IMG/VR virus record: IMGVR_UViG_3300031703_000599
Coordinates: 1 to 64,000 of that record
Length of the DNA: 64,000 nt
Source of the DNA: a virus
Strand: one strand, 5' to 3'
The translations under genes and the position numbers were made by a program. Shown in pieces: positions 9,132-19,021 of the stretch; position 1 is the stretch's first letter; each line of letters opens with the position of its first letter. The notes beneath the pieces were generated by a model. That model did no database searches and was not told the DNA's origin. It saw only the letters and a program-made list of their open reading frames with translations.

Positions 9132-10102
9132 TAGATAAAATCTAAGTAGTTTGTATTGTGTATCTTATCTAATATTTTACTTTGTGTTATCAGTTTTGCT
9201 TTTAGCACAGGGTCTTCTAACGCGCCCGGAGACATAAATTTTGGTGATATCACAGGAGTAGATATTTGATGATTTATATTGTTATCATTGCACCATTTAA
9301 CAATTTCACTTAGGTTATCTTTGTTAAATACCATAGGTAAAATAGTAACAGTAATCCATGTGTTAGTGGGTCGTTGACTATTAAATTTAACACAATTTTC
9401 ACTTGTTGTCAACCAGCTTGCGCCTGGACGTATATATTCGTAACGTGCGCCCACTGCTTCTATACTTATATTTATACTAACACTTTTGAACTTCTCAAAC
9501 AAATGGTTCCATGCTGTTAAGTCATGACTTCCATTTGTTATTAGTTCTAGTTGTATTGCAGGAGCTACGTCTTCATCTATCAACTGTTGAATAATTTTAC
9601 GAACTTGTGGAATCATAAATGGTTCTCCACCTGTGAATTTTACAACACTGGCGTCAAGCATTTCAGTTGTGAATCCCAGTGCTTCTTTGGACCAACGTCT
9701 TCCAGTTTTCTTATCGTAATACTTACTCCAATCCTCATCTGGGTTATCTCTAATAATGTTCGTCCATGTGCTACTACTTGTCTGATTGCACATTCTACAC
9801 GCAAAATTGCATGTGTTGTTTATCTTTAAATCCCAATGTTTAATGCCTACTTCGTCACTTAGTGTTCTGTTATAATGTTTCCGTAGACTTTCGCCGGTTA
9901 GTTCTTCTGACAGTTCGCACTCTGCGCATTCGCTTAACCATTTAGTTTCGCTTAATTTGTCTAACTCTGCATGCTTGGTCGCCCAATCATCTTCCCAGTA
10001 TAAATTTTCAACGCCCGGTGGGACTGTGTATGCACAACATGGTCTTACTGCACCAGTTGGTCCTATAGTAACACCATGCTTAAATATTGAGCATTTTGGC
10101 AT
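9131..10102 (-). CDS. N-terminal twitch-domain radical SAM protein
   Basis: C...PCC...CAEC; CNFACRMC; TGGEPF; start moved to MPKCSIF. Confidence 0.9.
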   Translation of the reverse strand: MPKCSIFKHGVTIGPTGAVRPCCAYTVPPGVENLYWEDDWATKHAELDKLSETKWLSECAECELSEELTGESLRKHYNRTLSDEVGIKHWDLKINNTCNFACRMCNQTSSSTWTNIIRDNPDEDWSKYYDKKTGRRWSKEALGFTTEMLDASVVKFTGGEPFMIPQVRKIIQQLIDEDVAPAIQLELITNGSHDLTAWNHLFEKFKSVSINISIEAVGARYEYIRPGASWLTTSENCVKFNSQRPTNTWITVTILPMVFNKDNLSEIVKWCNDNNINHQISTPVISPKFMSPGALEDPVLKAKLITQSKILDKIHNTNYLDFI

Positions 10103-10832
10103 AACCGTCCCTTGCTTTTTCTTTAAGTAGGTCACTCTGATCGCCATCAAATATCATATGTATACGTGGCTCTTCGCTACGGTTCCAGACTGCATGTTCG
10201 TACCCTGTGTTAAGTTTGAATGCACTGCCTGGAGTATAAGGCAGTGTTCCCCAGCCACCCATGACTAGTTTACATTCATCTGGATTGTTAAGAGCGACAT
10301 TAGTGGCGCCTACTCCAGTGATACTAGGACGGTCTCGATGAGGCGCGAGCCAGCCACCTGGTAGTACAGCCATGAAACGTACACGTGTAAACACGTCATA
10401 TAGCTTGCTGTCAAGCATCCATTCCTTGGTGCGCGGTGTAAACTTGCTTATGTCAGTCCAGTCGCTTAGATCGCGTTCTGCGCTGTCTGGTAAGTTGTAG
10501 TCTGATGGTACATTTGTGTGTACGCTGCTCATGCCATATACACACAAACTTAGCCAGCCGCTACTGTTGGGGCGGTGGAGTGTGTAGCAGCTTGTGTACA
10601 ATAAGTGGTTAGCTTCTTCGTGTATATCTTTCCAAGGTATGTCAATTCCAAGATCAATCCATGGCATCTTAGTGTTATCTAATATATGGTCTAGCTCTTC
10701 CTTTCCTTCCTCCAATACACTTGCATCGTCTACACCTTTAAATGTTGGCGTGATATTTTCATTCTCTGCGAAGAACTTTTTTGTATCGCGATTGGGAGCT
10801 GTCCATTCCAGTTGTTGTCCTTCATACCACAT
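10080..10832 (-). CDS. aspartyl/asparaginyl beta-hydroxylase-like Fe(II)/2OG oxygenase
   Basis: PGGWLAPHRD and HAVWNRSEEPRIH. Confidence 0.85.
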   Translation of the reverse strand: MWYEGQQLEWTAPNRDTKKFFAENENITPTFKGVDDASVLEEGKEELDHILDNTKMPWIDLGIDIPWKDIHEEANHLLYTSCYTLHRPNSSGWLSLCVYGMSSVHTNVPSDYNLPDSAERDLSDWTDISKFTPRTKEWMLDSKLYDVFTRVRFMAVLPGGWLAPHRDRPSITGVGATNVALNNPDECKLVMGGWGTLPYTPGSAFKLNTGYEHAVWNRSEEPRIHMIFDGDQSDLLKEKARDGYAKMLNI

Positions 10833-12322
10833 TACATAATTCCTGGTAAGAGACGCATATTTTGATACTCGTGGTAGTTACCATTTGGGGTATCTCCTGA
10901 GAAATATACAGTTTCATTATTTAATAATAATTCGTTAAACAAGTCAACAAATGCAGCTTGGGCTGTGAATGCTGGTGTGTTTACGTAGTTTATTTCGTAT
11001 TGCCATATGTTGCTTAACTGTAACAATACTGTATGATCGTTTCCAATTAAGTCTGCTAGTCGTTGCCATTCTTTAACGACATCAATCTTAACAAAGAAAT
11101 GCGATAGTGTTCTAATCCAGTTCCAGTGTTCTAGCCATTCTTCTTCGCTTTCGTAACTGTCAATGAAGTCTAATGCATTCTGTTCGTCATACCAAATAAA
11201 CTCCTCACTTGGCAATCCAAGGTCAGTTATTACATGTAAGTTATCTTTGTAAAACTTTGGAAAATCTTTGCCATCCCAGTTAGCAAGAACATGCTTTTGC
11301 CAGCCAATACCAAAGGGACTAAAGTCAGTCCACAAAATACGCTGTATAGTGTCGCTGTTATTAGTGATATGCTTAAACTGATGTAACCCACTGCATGGCA
11401 CAACAAGCGTATCAATGCCTAGTTGATCTCCAATTGGAACATCTTCTGTATTTGTAACATACATGATGTGCGTATCCATTACTTTGTATTGAAACAGTTC
11501 ACGTTTGTCATCATGTACTTTGTTATATCCAAAACTTCTGCTTTCATCTAATGTATATCGTGTGTTAAAATCATAATCAAACAACCAAGACTTTGTAAAT
11601 TCAATATCGTCTTCTGGGTATACACATATCTTGCCTCTACGTATATCGTAATTAAAATTATGTATTACGCAACCTGTGCTGAATGCTATTGGAAATAATG
11701 TGTTTAAAATTCCAGTTTGATTAGGTGTTACATCATCTGGACATTCTACTGCATCTAATATCATGTGTGGCGGCAGTTTCATATCTTCGCTTGCAACCCA
11801 CATGGGTGTATAATCATCATGTAGATTTTCTTGACTAAATGTATACGCTGGGTATGTACGATCGTAATTCCAATAGTTAATATGCATGTGATCTAATTCT
11901 TTAAACTTGTCTACATTTATCACAACACACTGTTCGTGCCACTCGGGTGCGTCTCCTCGAGTATGGTGATTAATAATATGACCAGCGGCTAACCAGTTGG
12001 TGTCTTTCCATTCGTTTTCAATAGCATGCATAATACCTTCTTCGAAGTCTTCACTTCCAGGCCAGCATCCATCGAACCAGACTACCATGTATTTGAATCC
12101 TAAATTCTGCACTCGCTCCATTACACTTTCAATTCCCCATTCTGAGAATTTATCTGCGTGTATGTATGGGTACATTGTACTGTTGGTTATGTTAATTTGC
12201 ATCAGCTTTTTCAGTTTACCTGCATACGCTATTTCATCTACGAGAGCAGGGTGTATTACTTCGTTAAAGAACACATGCACCAGTGAAGTGTCTGTTGTTT
12301 GTGTATTGAATTTTAAATGCAT
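10832..12322 (-). CDS. two-domain unknown enzyme (GT-A-like N-terminus, Rossmann/MTase-like C-terminus); paralog of 12322-13773
   Basis: shared motifs KYxVVWFxGCWP, WxxAGxI, VxNTE, WDGxDF, SNIxxY. Confidence 0.7.
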   Translation of the reverse strand: MHLKFNTQTTDTSLVHVFFNEVIHPALVDEIAYAGKLKKLMQINITNSTMYPYIHADKFSEWGIESVMERVQNLGFKYMVVWFDGCWPGSEDFEEGIMHAIENEWKDTNWLAAGHIINHHTRGDAPEWHEQCVVINVDKFKELDHMHINYWNYDRTYPAYTFSQENLHDDYTPMWVASEDMKLPPHMILDAVECPDDVTPNQTGILNTLFPIAFSTGCVIHNFNYDIRRGKICVYPEDDIEFTKSWLFDYDFNTRYTLDESRSFGYNKVHDDKRELFQYKVMDTHIMYVTNTEDVPIGDQLGIDTLVVPCSGLHQFKHITNNSDTIQRILWTDFSPFGIGWQKHVLANWDGKDFPKFYKDNLHVITDLGLPSEEFIWYDEQNALDFIDSYESEEEWLEHWNWIRTLSHFFVKIDVVKEWQRLADLIGNDHTVLLQLSNIWQYEINYVNTPAFTAQAAFVDLFNELLLNNETVYFSGDTPNGNYHEYQNMRLLPGIM

Positions 12323-13773
12323 TATTCTAATCCTATTCCGTTGTTGTCCATTGCACTAAGTATAACATTTGCAGGACACATCAAGTCGTTGTCATTTAAA
12401 TCAGTGCCGCTAAACCAGCTATTGCTGTCTGTGTCTTTGATTCGGTCGATTAAATTCATAAAGCTCTTTTCCATTGCAAATGGCTTAGCCATCAGTTTTG
12501 GTATAATGTAACTATATATGTTACTGCTCCAGAATAATGTACGCTTGTTTGCCATTTGGTCAAACATTTCATCATGATTATAAATTAAGTCAATTGTATG
12601 ATACTGGTGGCTAGCCTGCTGTACACGTTTCCAAAACTTTAACCATTCAACTGTACCGTCAAACTGGTCTATTACTTTTGGCCAACGTTCTGCCACTAAA
12701 GGAAGAATTCTTTTATTTACATCTGGGTTATCTTCTATCCATAAATCTACCCATGCTACAAAGTCATTACCGTCCCAGTTCTCAATTGTATCCTGTCTAA
12801 ACTTCACACTGTCAGGGTCAAAATCAAACCATATAAACTGTGTATCATTTGTCATACCGTACTTGTAAGCATAGTACAGAAGCTTAAATCCTGCTGTACA
12901 GCCTACATACTGGTCAAACACTGTGTTGAGTGCTTGTGTTGCAAGTTGCGGACTACTAGGTTCTGTGTTAACAAAGTACACAGGACTAGTTGGCGCAAAT
13001 ATACGATCTATAAGACGATTGCCCTGCAATGATACTACAGTGTCGTCATACGGTTGTCCAGTGATACCTTTTTCAAGTTCTGCTGCGCCAACATATGGCT
13101 TAGTGATATATACCTTATCCATTAGTTCGTTTGAGATACCCCATACTGTAAGGTCACGAACAAGACTATATTGAACCCATGTTGCTCCAAAATTCTTCTG
13201 CCATAGCATTGATGCATGCTGTCCATCTGCAAATTTCCAATCATGGCATACGTTTAATCTGTATATACTATCTTCGTGGTCACGACTGGGTTCTAGATTA
13301 GTCCAGTCTGGGTGGTGCTCTGGATGAAAGAATGGACTAGGTCGTTTATATGCATCCCATTTTTCTAAGTTTACAATTATAAATGTTCTTGAGAAATATG
13401 GATAGATACCATGTACCGCTTGTATTTGGCCTGCTAATATCCATTCTGGATCTTCTTTGTTGTACCTGTCTAACTCGTCTAGCATTAGAAGATTAAAATC
13501 AGTACTATCTGGCCAGCAACCCTCGAACCAAACCACTGCATATTTATATGCTAGTTTCTTCATTGACACTAGCCATGTCGTATCAAACGGATTATTAATG
13601 TTAACAATACCGCCACGTAAGTGATTGTTACACTCAACGTTTTGAATAATACCTAATTTTTGTTTCAATATTGGGGTGTCGTTAAACTCTTTGTCAAGTG
13701 GCATAAATGCATGTACGATAGGCCAGGCATTCCCTACGTGATCATATTCCCAACTTTTTTGACCTTGTATCAT
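12322..13773 (-). CDS. two-domain unknown enzyme; paralog of 10832-12322
   Basis: same shared motifs; IIVNLEKW resembles the GT8 strand. Confidence 0.7.
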   Translation of the reverse strand: MIQGQKSWEYDHVGNAWPIVHAFMPLDKEFNDTPILKQKLGIIQNVECNNHLRGGIVNINNPFDTTWLVSMKKLAYKYAVVWFEGCWPDSTDFNLLMLDELDRYNKEDPEWILAGQIQAVHGIYPYFSRTFIIVNLEKWDAYKRPSPFFHPEHHPDWTNLEPSRDHEDSIYRLNVCHDWKFADGQHASMLWQKNFGATWVQYSLVRDLTVWGISNELMDKVYITKPYVGAAELEKGITGQPYDDTVVSLQGNRLIDRIFAPTSPVYFVNTEPSSPQLATQALNTVFDQYVGCTAGFKLLYYAYKYGMTNDTQFIWFDFDPDSVKFRQDTIENWDGNDFVAWVDLWIEDNPDVNKRILPLVAERWPKVIDQFDGTVEWLKFWKRVQQASHQYHTIDLIYNHDEMFDQMANKRTLFWSSNIYSYIIPKLMAKPFAMEKSFMNLIDRIKDTDSNSWFSGTDLNDNDLMCPANVILSAMDNNGIGLE

Positions 13774-13785
13774 TGTTTATTCCTC

Positions 13786-14502
13786 CTATGCGTCTATGTT
13801 TAAATTAGTTAAAATATAATTTTTTGGGTCATCTCTGTCGTATGAGTTAGTATGATAATCATGACCTGTAATCATAGGATGTTCTCTAATATTCATATCT
13901 GGATTAGGATATCCACAACCTAACAACAATGCAACGCTGTCCTGTTTATTATAAGTAATACCATGAACTTCTAGCATGTGTGCTTTTACTATTTTTCCAA
14001 CTTCATCGCGATCAAAACATAAGCAGTTACCTGTACGTAGTCCAAGTCTGTTAGCTTCGTATCCCATCATTCCCATTGATGAACCTACTCCAGTAAACGT
14101 GTTTAATTCTTCGTCTTTATGTAGTTCAGCGTTAGTCAATGTGTAATATGGTTCGTCTGGTTCACGTGGTGTTGGTTTAGATAGTTTTACCCATGCAAAC
14201 AACACTGGTGCCAACACTTGTGCGTTGCCAACTAATGTAACTGGTGTACCATCGTTGTATATTTTCTGTTCTCTGAGCTCTGGATCTTCGCCTGGGCGAG
14301 CTGAGTTCATCCATATTGCTTTTGATAACTCTGGGCTCTGTATTGCTACTAAGTCAAAATATCGTCTACCTTGCTTAAATGGGCCACCTGTTCCAATGTC
14401 CAATAAGTGTTGTACTAGTTCTGCTGGTACTGGTGTATCAGCATAGTTTCTTGCAGTAATTTTAAACTTGGCTGCTGCGTCAAGTGATTCTTGATAATTC
14501 AC
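13786..14502 (-). CDS. nitroreductase-family flavoprotein
   Basis: TARNY..TPVP..L..LL...GPFKQG; LGLRTGNC; LLLGCGYP. Confidence 0.8.
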   Translation of the reverse strand: MNYQESLDAAAKFKITARNYADTPVPAELVQHLLDIGTGGPFKQGRRYFDLVAIQSPELSKAIWMNSARPGEDPELREQKIYNDGTPVTLVGNAQVLAPVLFAWVKLSKPTPREPDEPYYTLTNAELHKDEELNTFTGVGSSMGMMGYEANRLGLRTGNCLCFDRDEVGKIVKAHMLEVHGITYNKQDSVALLLGCGYPNPDMNIREHPMITGHDYHTNSYDRDDPKNYILTNLNIDA

Positions 14503-15728
14503 TGTTTATTCCTCTCTGCCACTATGTCCATGCCTTCCAACGACATGCCTAAATAATCTTTAACCATACTCTTTAAGTTAATATCCTGTGGATATCTTGT
14601 TTCAATATCGCGTGTGTATTTTCTCATACGTGCATACATCATATAGTCCCTTGTATTGTTTTCCATGTACGTTGCAAATCTATTCATCTCTGGGTGTACG
14701 TGTTCGTTTGCTCTCAACTTACTAATAATAGCTTCTCTGTACTTACCGTGCCATAAAGCAGGCGAAAGATACTTTGGTGTATGTAATATATTAGCAGTTA
14801 TAAATTTTAAGTCAACCGGAGAATCCTTCCAAAATTGAAAAAACTCTGGCATCTGATATACATTATGTGCCTGGACTGTAATACCTGCTGCTAAGTCTAT
14901 GTCTGGTTCTGCGTTAAGTGCTAGCATGTTAGCATACACTGTGTCCCAGTTACCATCTTGTCTTATATAGTTGTACACATCACCAATTCCATCCATGCTT
15001 ACTTTAATGTTAACATGCTTAAACTCATTCCAAATCTTAATCAAGTCATACTTCTTAAACTTAATATAACTTAGGTTTGTTGCGTATCGCAATTTAATAC
15101 GCTTCTTATGTTCTGCAGGAATACCTTCTAGTAACGTGTAATGCTCTTTGTTTATAATAGGTTCACCGCCAGTGAACTGTAATGTGTGTACATGTTCCCA
15201 TAACTCAGGCCATTCGTTTAGGCTTGCAAACAGGTCTGTAGGGCGCAGTAAGCGCGTTTCGTATCCATCCTGTGTGTACTTACTAATGATGTCTAAGTCA
15301 GCTACACGCTTGTAACTGCTGTGTGTACTGCACATTATACACTTCAAGTTGCAGAAGTTACTTACTTTAAGTTCCACCCAGTAAGGGGGGTTGTTGACGC
15401 TGTAATCATCGTTTACATCTATTAGATCATTAAACGTTTCCCAGTTGTCATGCTCCCATTGTTGTCTGTTTGAAACAATACCACTGTCTTCGTTATGCCA
15501 ACACACTTCGCAACGATTTGGTCTTTCTCCGTTAGCCACCGCGCGTCTGAGTTCTTTGTAGTTCTCATTATTCCAGCTTTCTATTGCGGTTTCGCCTGGG
15601 TTGTTTAGTGGTAGTTCCTGTGCTTCACAACAAGGGACTAAGTCTCCGCCTGCTGTTCCGTATATGTGCATAAACGGCAACATGCAAAAGGTTTCGCTGT
15701 TCTTTAAGTCTTCTTTGTTAATTGTCAT
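14499..15728 (-). CDS. N-terminal twitch-domain radical SAM protein
   Basis: CMLPF...PCC...CEVC; CNLKCIMC; TGGEP; start at MTINKEDL. Confidence 0.92.
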   Translation of the reverse strand: MTINKEDLKNSETFCMLPFMHIYGTAGGDLVPCCEAQELPLNNPGETAIESWNNENYKELRRAVANGERPNRCEVCWHNEDSGIVSNRQQWEHDNWETFNDLIDVNDDYSVNNPPYWVELKVSNFCNLKCIMCSTHSSYKRVADLDIISKYTQDGYETRLLRPTDLFASLNEWPELWEHVHTLQFTGGEPIINKEHYTLLEGIPAEHKKRIKLRYATNLSYIKFKKYDLIKIWNEFKHVNIKVSMDGIGDVYNYIRQDGNWDTVYANMLALNAEPDIDLAAGITVQAHNVYQMPEFFQFWKDSPVDLKFITANILHTPKYLSPALWHGKYREAIISKLRANEHVHPEMNRFATYMENNTRDYMMYARMRKYTRDIETRYPQDINLKSMVKDYLGMSLEGMDIVAERNKQ

Positions 15729-16933
15729 TAGTAATGTATGTACTCTATTGATTCTGTATATTGTGATTCGCACAATGTTTTTAATCTTCTAATGCATGGC
15801 TCGTTGAAGTTAAAGCCTCTTATTTTCCAAATGTGTTTTAGTTCTGCAAGATATTGTGCGCTGTTATCTTCTACACCGTTTGGCTTGCACAAATCTTCCA
15901 CTAGTTTTTTCAGCTTGTCTACACGTGAATGGCTAACAATTATTCCATTGTACTGGTAGCTAAATGCGTCTAACACTTTTGCCTTGAACCAATCGGGCCA
16001 ATGCGATACACTAAGGTTGTGTGGTTCGTATACACTCTGCAATATAACATTATCTGCTCCCTTCACCCGTCTTGCCCACTGTATAAACTCAAACAAGTAC
16101 AAGATGTTCATTACACTTATCGTGCAGGCTATGTTAACTTTTACTTTGTCTGGGTATTGCGCTTTAAAATCTAACCACTTATCAAGTGTGCCTTCTATCT
16201 TATCCCATTTACTAGGGAACCGTATCATGTCATTTAATCTGCCATGCGCGTCAATGCTTGCACTAATAGTTATTTCCTTAAACTGCATAAGTGCATCATA
16301 GTCTACTTTGCCAGGCCACCATGTGCTGTTAGTAAATATCTCAATATGAATATTAGGAGCAATTCCTTCTTCTGCTAATCGTTGTATAAACTTCATAAAC
16401 TTTTGATGCAAGAACGGCTCGCCGCCAGTTACCTTCATGTGCTTGAGATGCTTTAACAGAGAAGTATCAATTTTATCAAAATCTACTTCTTGATCTTTCT
16501 TTAGCTTCTCAATTAATGCAATAGCTGATGCACTGTTCTTGTTAAACTTAATATAATCATCATCCCATGTGTGACTAAACTCGGGGCCGCATGTTTGACA
16601 TTTTAAATTGCATAAGCGTCCAACTGTAATTTCTAGGTATTCGAGTCTTACTTCGTCAGTAAAATCATCAAAGAATTCATCTGCTTCCGTTCGCATACTA
16701 CTGCCTTTGGTTTCTTCATCTGCTTTACATTTGTAACAACCAGGATGCCATTCATTTTTCATCATAGTGTCACGTATGTCAGCAAATGTTGCATCGTATG
16801 TATTAATATCTTCTTTGTCGCTATCTGCTAAAAACCGATCATGGAACCGACAACATGGAGTTGCAGGAACACCATGTTGAATCATTGCAGCTTTAAATGG
16901 ATACGCACATGCATTTTTAGGTAATCCGGACAT
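15728..16933 (-). CDS. N-terminal twitch-domain radical SAM protein
   Basis: CAYPF...PCC...CYKC; CNLKCQTC; TGGEPF. Confidence 0.92.
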   Translation of the reverse strand: MSGLPKNACAYPFKAAMIQHGVPATPCCRFHDRFLADSDKEDINTYDATFADIRDTMMKNEWHPGCYKCKADEETKGSSMRTEADEFFDDFTDEVRLEYLEITVGRLCNLKCQTCGPEFSHTWDDDYIKFNKNSASAIALIEKLKKDQEVDFDKIDTSLLKHLKHMKVTGGEPFLHQKFMKFIQRLAEEGIAPNIHIEIFTNSTWWPGKVDYDALMQFKEITISASIDAHGRLNDMIRFPSKWDKIEGTLDKWLDFKAQYPDKVKVNIACTISVMNILYLFEFIQWARRVKGADNVILQSVYEPHNLSVSHWPDWFKAKVLDAFSYQYNGIIVSHSRVDKLKKLVEDLCKPNGVEDNSAQYLAELKHIWKIRGFNFNEPCIRRLKTLCESQYTESIEYIHY

Positions 16934-17489
16934 CTTTTAATATACCTCCTAGTAGTACTTCGCGTAGTTCTCCGTTTGTAGAGAAATATAATTTATCATT
17001 GCAATGCAACATCAACCCAGGATGATTAGGGTATGACAGAGCTTCGTTAATTGAAATCATTGGCAGGGTTAACGCGCTGTTGATTGTTATTCCTTTTGTA
17101 CGGTTTCCCGCTATAACGGGTGGTGTTTTTTTGCTGCCTGGGGCGCCATCGCCTATTCCTATATACAGTTCGGGTTCGCCTGCTTCATTAACAACTGATC
17201 CATACTTTGCTAAAATCACTTCACTGCTGTGCAGCTTGCATAACAAAATAGACTGTGTAAGTGCTACACCGGTACTTTCTGGCAATGTATCGCTTGTATA
17301 ATCTATTAGCGACATCCATAATAGATCTTCTATGTTTCCATTGGGAATACTGTCCCATCGTTGTTCGATTAGTAATGGAAAATCAACTGATTTAATTACT
17401 ACCCTTGGATCATTATATAATTCAGAATCAGTATTCACTAATACACGACTGTTAAAATACTCAACTGTGGTTGTTTCGTAATCAATCAT
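16917..17489 (-). CDS. hypothetical protein, paralog of 18413-19021; C-terminus resembles phage fibre/structural repeats
   Basis: RWDSIPNGNIEDL versus RWDNIPSNNNEDL. Confidence 0.7.
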   Translation of the reverse strand: MIDYETTTVEYFNSRVLVNTDSELYNDPRVVIKSVDFPLLIEQRWDSIPNGNIEDLLWMSLIDYTSDTLPESTGVALTQSILLCKLHSSEVILAKYGSVVNEAGEPELYIGIGDGAPGSKKTPPVIAGNRTKGITINSALTLPMISINEALSYPNHPGLMLHCNDKLYFSTNGELREVLLGGILKDVRIT

Positions 17490-17514
17490 CTTTTAAATTA
17501 TTCCCTTGTCACAA

Positions 17515-18420
17515 TTATTCAAATGTGCCTTTGTTCTTGTATTGTTTTACTGCTTTTCTGATGTTGACTCTATTGTATTTCCTGTCTCGCGCAAAGCTAT
17601 CCCAGTCAGGACCGTCTGGTGCCATGCCAATATGTATTGTATTAGTTGGTTGCATTCCGTAGTGCTGACATACTGCATGTTGTGCATCTTTGAATTTCTT
17701 TGGCATAGTATCAGGACTAAATGTTTCCATTAAACTGTTTGCAATAGCAACATTTAAGTGTATACCGTGTTTCCATTCTGTTTGTACAGCAAGTGCGCCT
17801 TCGTTAATGCGACTGAACACAATACCTGCTCGCCAGTTTCCACAACTAAGTCCTTTGGTTGTACTAAATGCAATCATCTTAATGCATTCACGATCTAAAT
17901 CAGCTTCTATTCCATAGCATGTGCCAAACCACGCACAATCAACAAATACAGGAATGCCTAGTTTCTCACATTCATCTAGGCATTCTTCCATACTGTCGTG
18001 TTTAGTACCAGTTCCACTAAATGGTAAACTGATAATCAACGCATCGCCTTTCTGGAGTGGATTGTCGTCAACGAACCGCTCTGATGTCCATTCTCCTTCT
18101 AGTAGTACGTCACGCACATATGGGTATTCGCCACGGTACATACGTAACTTGTAACCATTTGCCATGCACCAATACTGCCACCAATCAATTCCTTGTGTTG
18201 TTCCTAAACTAACAAACCTATGTGGGAGTTTGTCGTGTCCTGTAATCTTGTTTAATTTACTGCTGCTAATCCATTTCGGATATAAATCCAAGAATTTGTC
18301 ACAGTCATTTTGCATGTCAAACACTTCCATTTTCTTAAAGAAGTTTTCAACAAGGTGGTCGTAGAACGGCATGTTCCAAATACTATTGCCGCTGGTTTCG
18401 AATATACTTTTATCAATCAT
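17515..18420 (-). CDS. PLP-dependent transferase (fold type I, aminotransferase-like)
   Basis: VFVDCAW, FSTTKG (PLP lysine), RAGIVFSR. Confidence 0.8.
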   Translation of the reverse strand: MIDKSIFETSGNSIWNMPFYDHLVENFFKKMEVFDMQNDCDKFLDLYPKWISSSKLNKITGHDKLPHRFVSLGTTQGIDWWQYWCMANGYKLRMYRGEYPYVRDVLLEGEWTSERFVDDNPLQKGDALIISLPFSGTGTKHDSMEECLDECEKLGIPVFVDCAWFGTCYGIEADLDRECIKMIAFSTTKGLSCGNWRAGIVFSRINEGALAVQTEWKHGIHLNVAIANSLMETFSPDTMPKKFKDAQHAVCQHYGMQPTNTIHIGMAPDGPDWDSFARDRKYNRVNIRKAVKQYKNKGTFE

Positions 18421-19021
18421 TTAATTCTCCTAATAATACTTTCTTCCAGGTTTCGCCTGTGTAAACTAATAAGCATTTGAATTTTTCACATTCCTGCAAA
18501 TGTACTAACATTCCTGCAACTGGGTTCTTTGGTAATTCTGCAGCATAACGTCCTTCGAGCGTCAGCGGTACAGTTATTGTTACTTCTTCTTTGTTAGCTT
18601 TAATTGCAACATTGACCTTGCGGCTGTCGATTTGATTATCTCCGACACATATATGAGCTTCGTGTAGTCCATTTGATCGGTACACTCCCCTGTACGATGC
18701 TGTAGTAGTTACGTTGCCATCTAGGTTTGTCGATACACCAAACGTAATATTTTGTCCTACGTTATCCGCAAACATGTTATCAATTGCAGAATAATCGTAT
18801 AATACTCCACAAAAGAGATCTTCGTTGTTGTTTGATGGAATGTTGTCCCATCTGATATGTGATGCAACTGGATATAACATTGATCTAAAGGTTGCAGTTG
18901 GCAGGTTAAACGCTTCTGCATGCAACGAGTTATGAATTCTATCTACTCGCAACCAAGTGCTAGAATCTGGTAGATTGTTACGCCAGTCGACATAGTATTT
19001 GTCATCTGCGTTATTCGACAT
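18413..19021 (-). CDS. hypothetical protein, paralog of 16917-17489
   Basis: shared RWD.IP.N..EDL; C-terminal PVAGML...YTGETWKKV. Confidence 0.7.
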   Translation of the reverse strand: MSNNADDKYYVDWRNNLPDSSTWLRVDRIHNSLHAEAFNLPTATFRSMLYPVASHIRWDNIPSNNNEDLFCGVLYDYSAIDNMFADNVGQNITFGVSTNLDGNVTTTASYRGVYRSNGLHEAHICVGDNQIDSRKVNVAIKANKEEVTITVPLTLEGRYAAELPKNPVAGMLVHLQECEKFKCLLVYTGETWKKVLLGELND

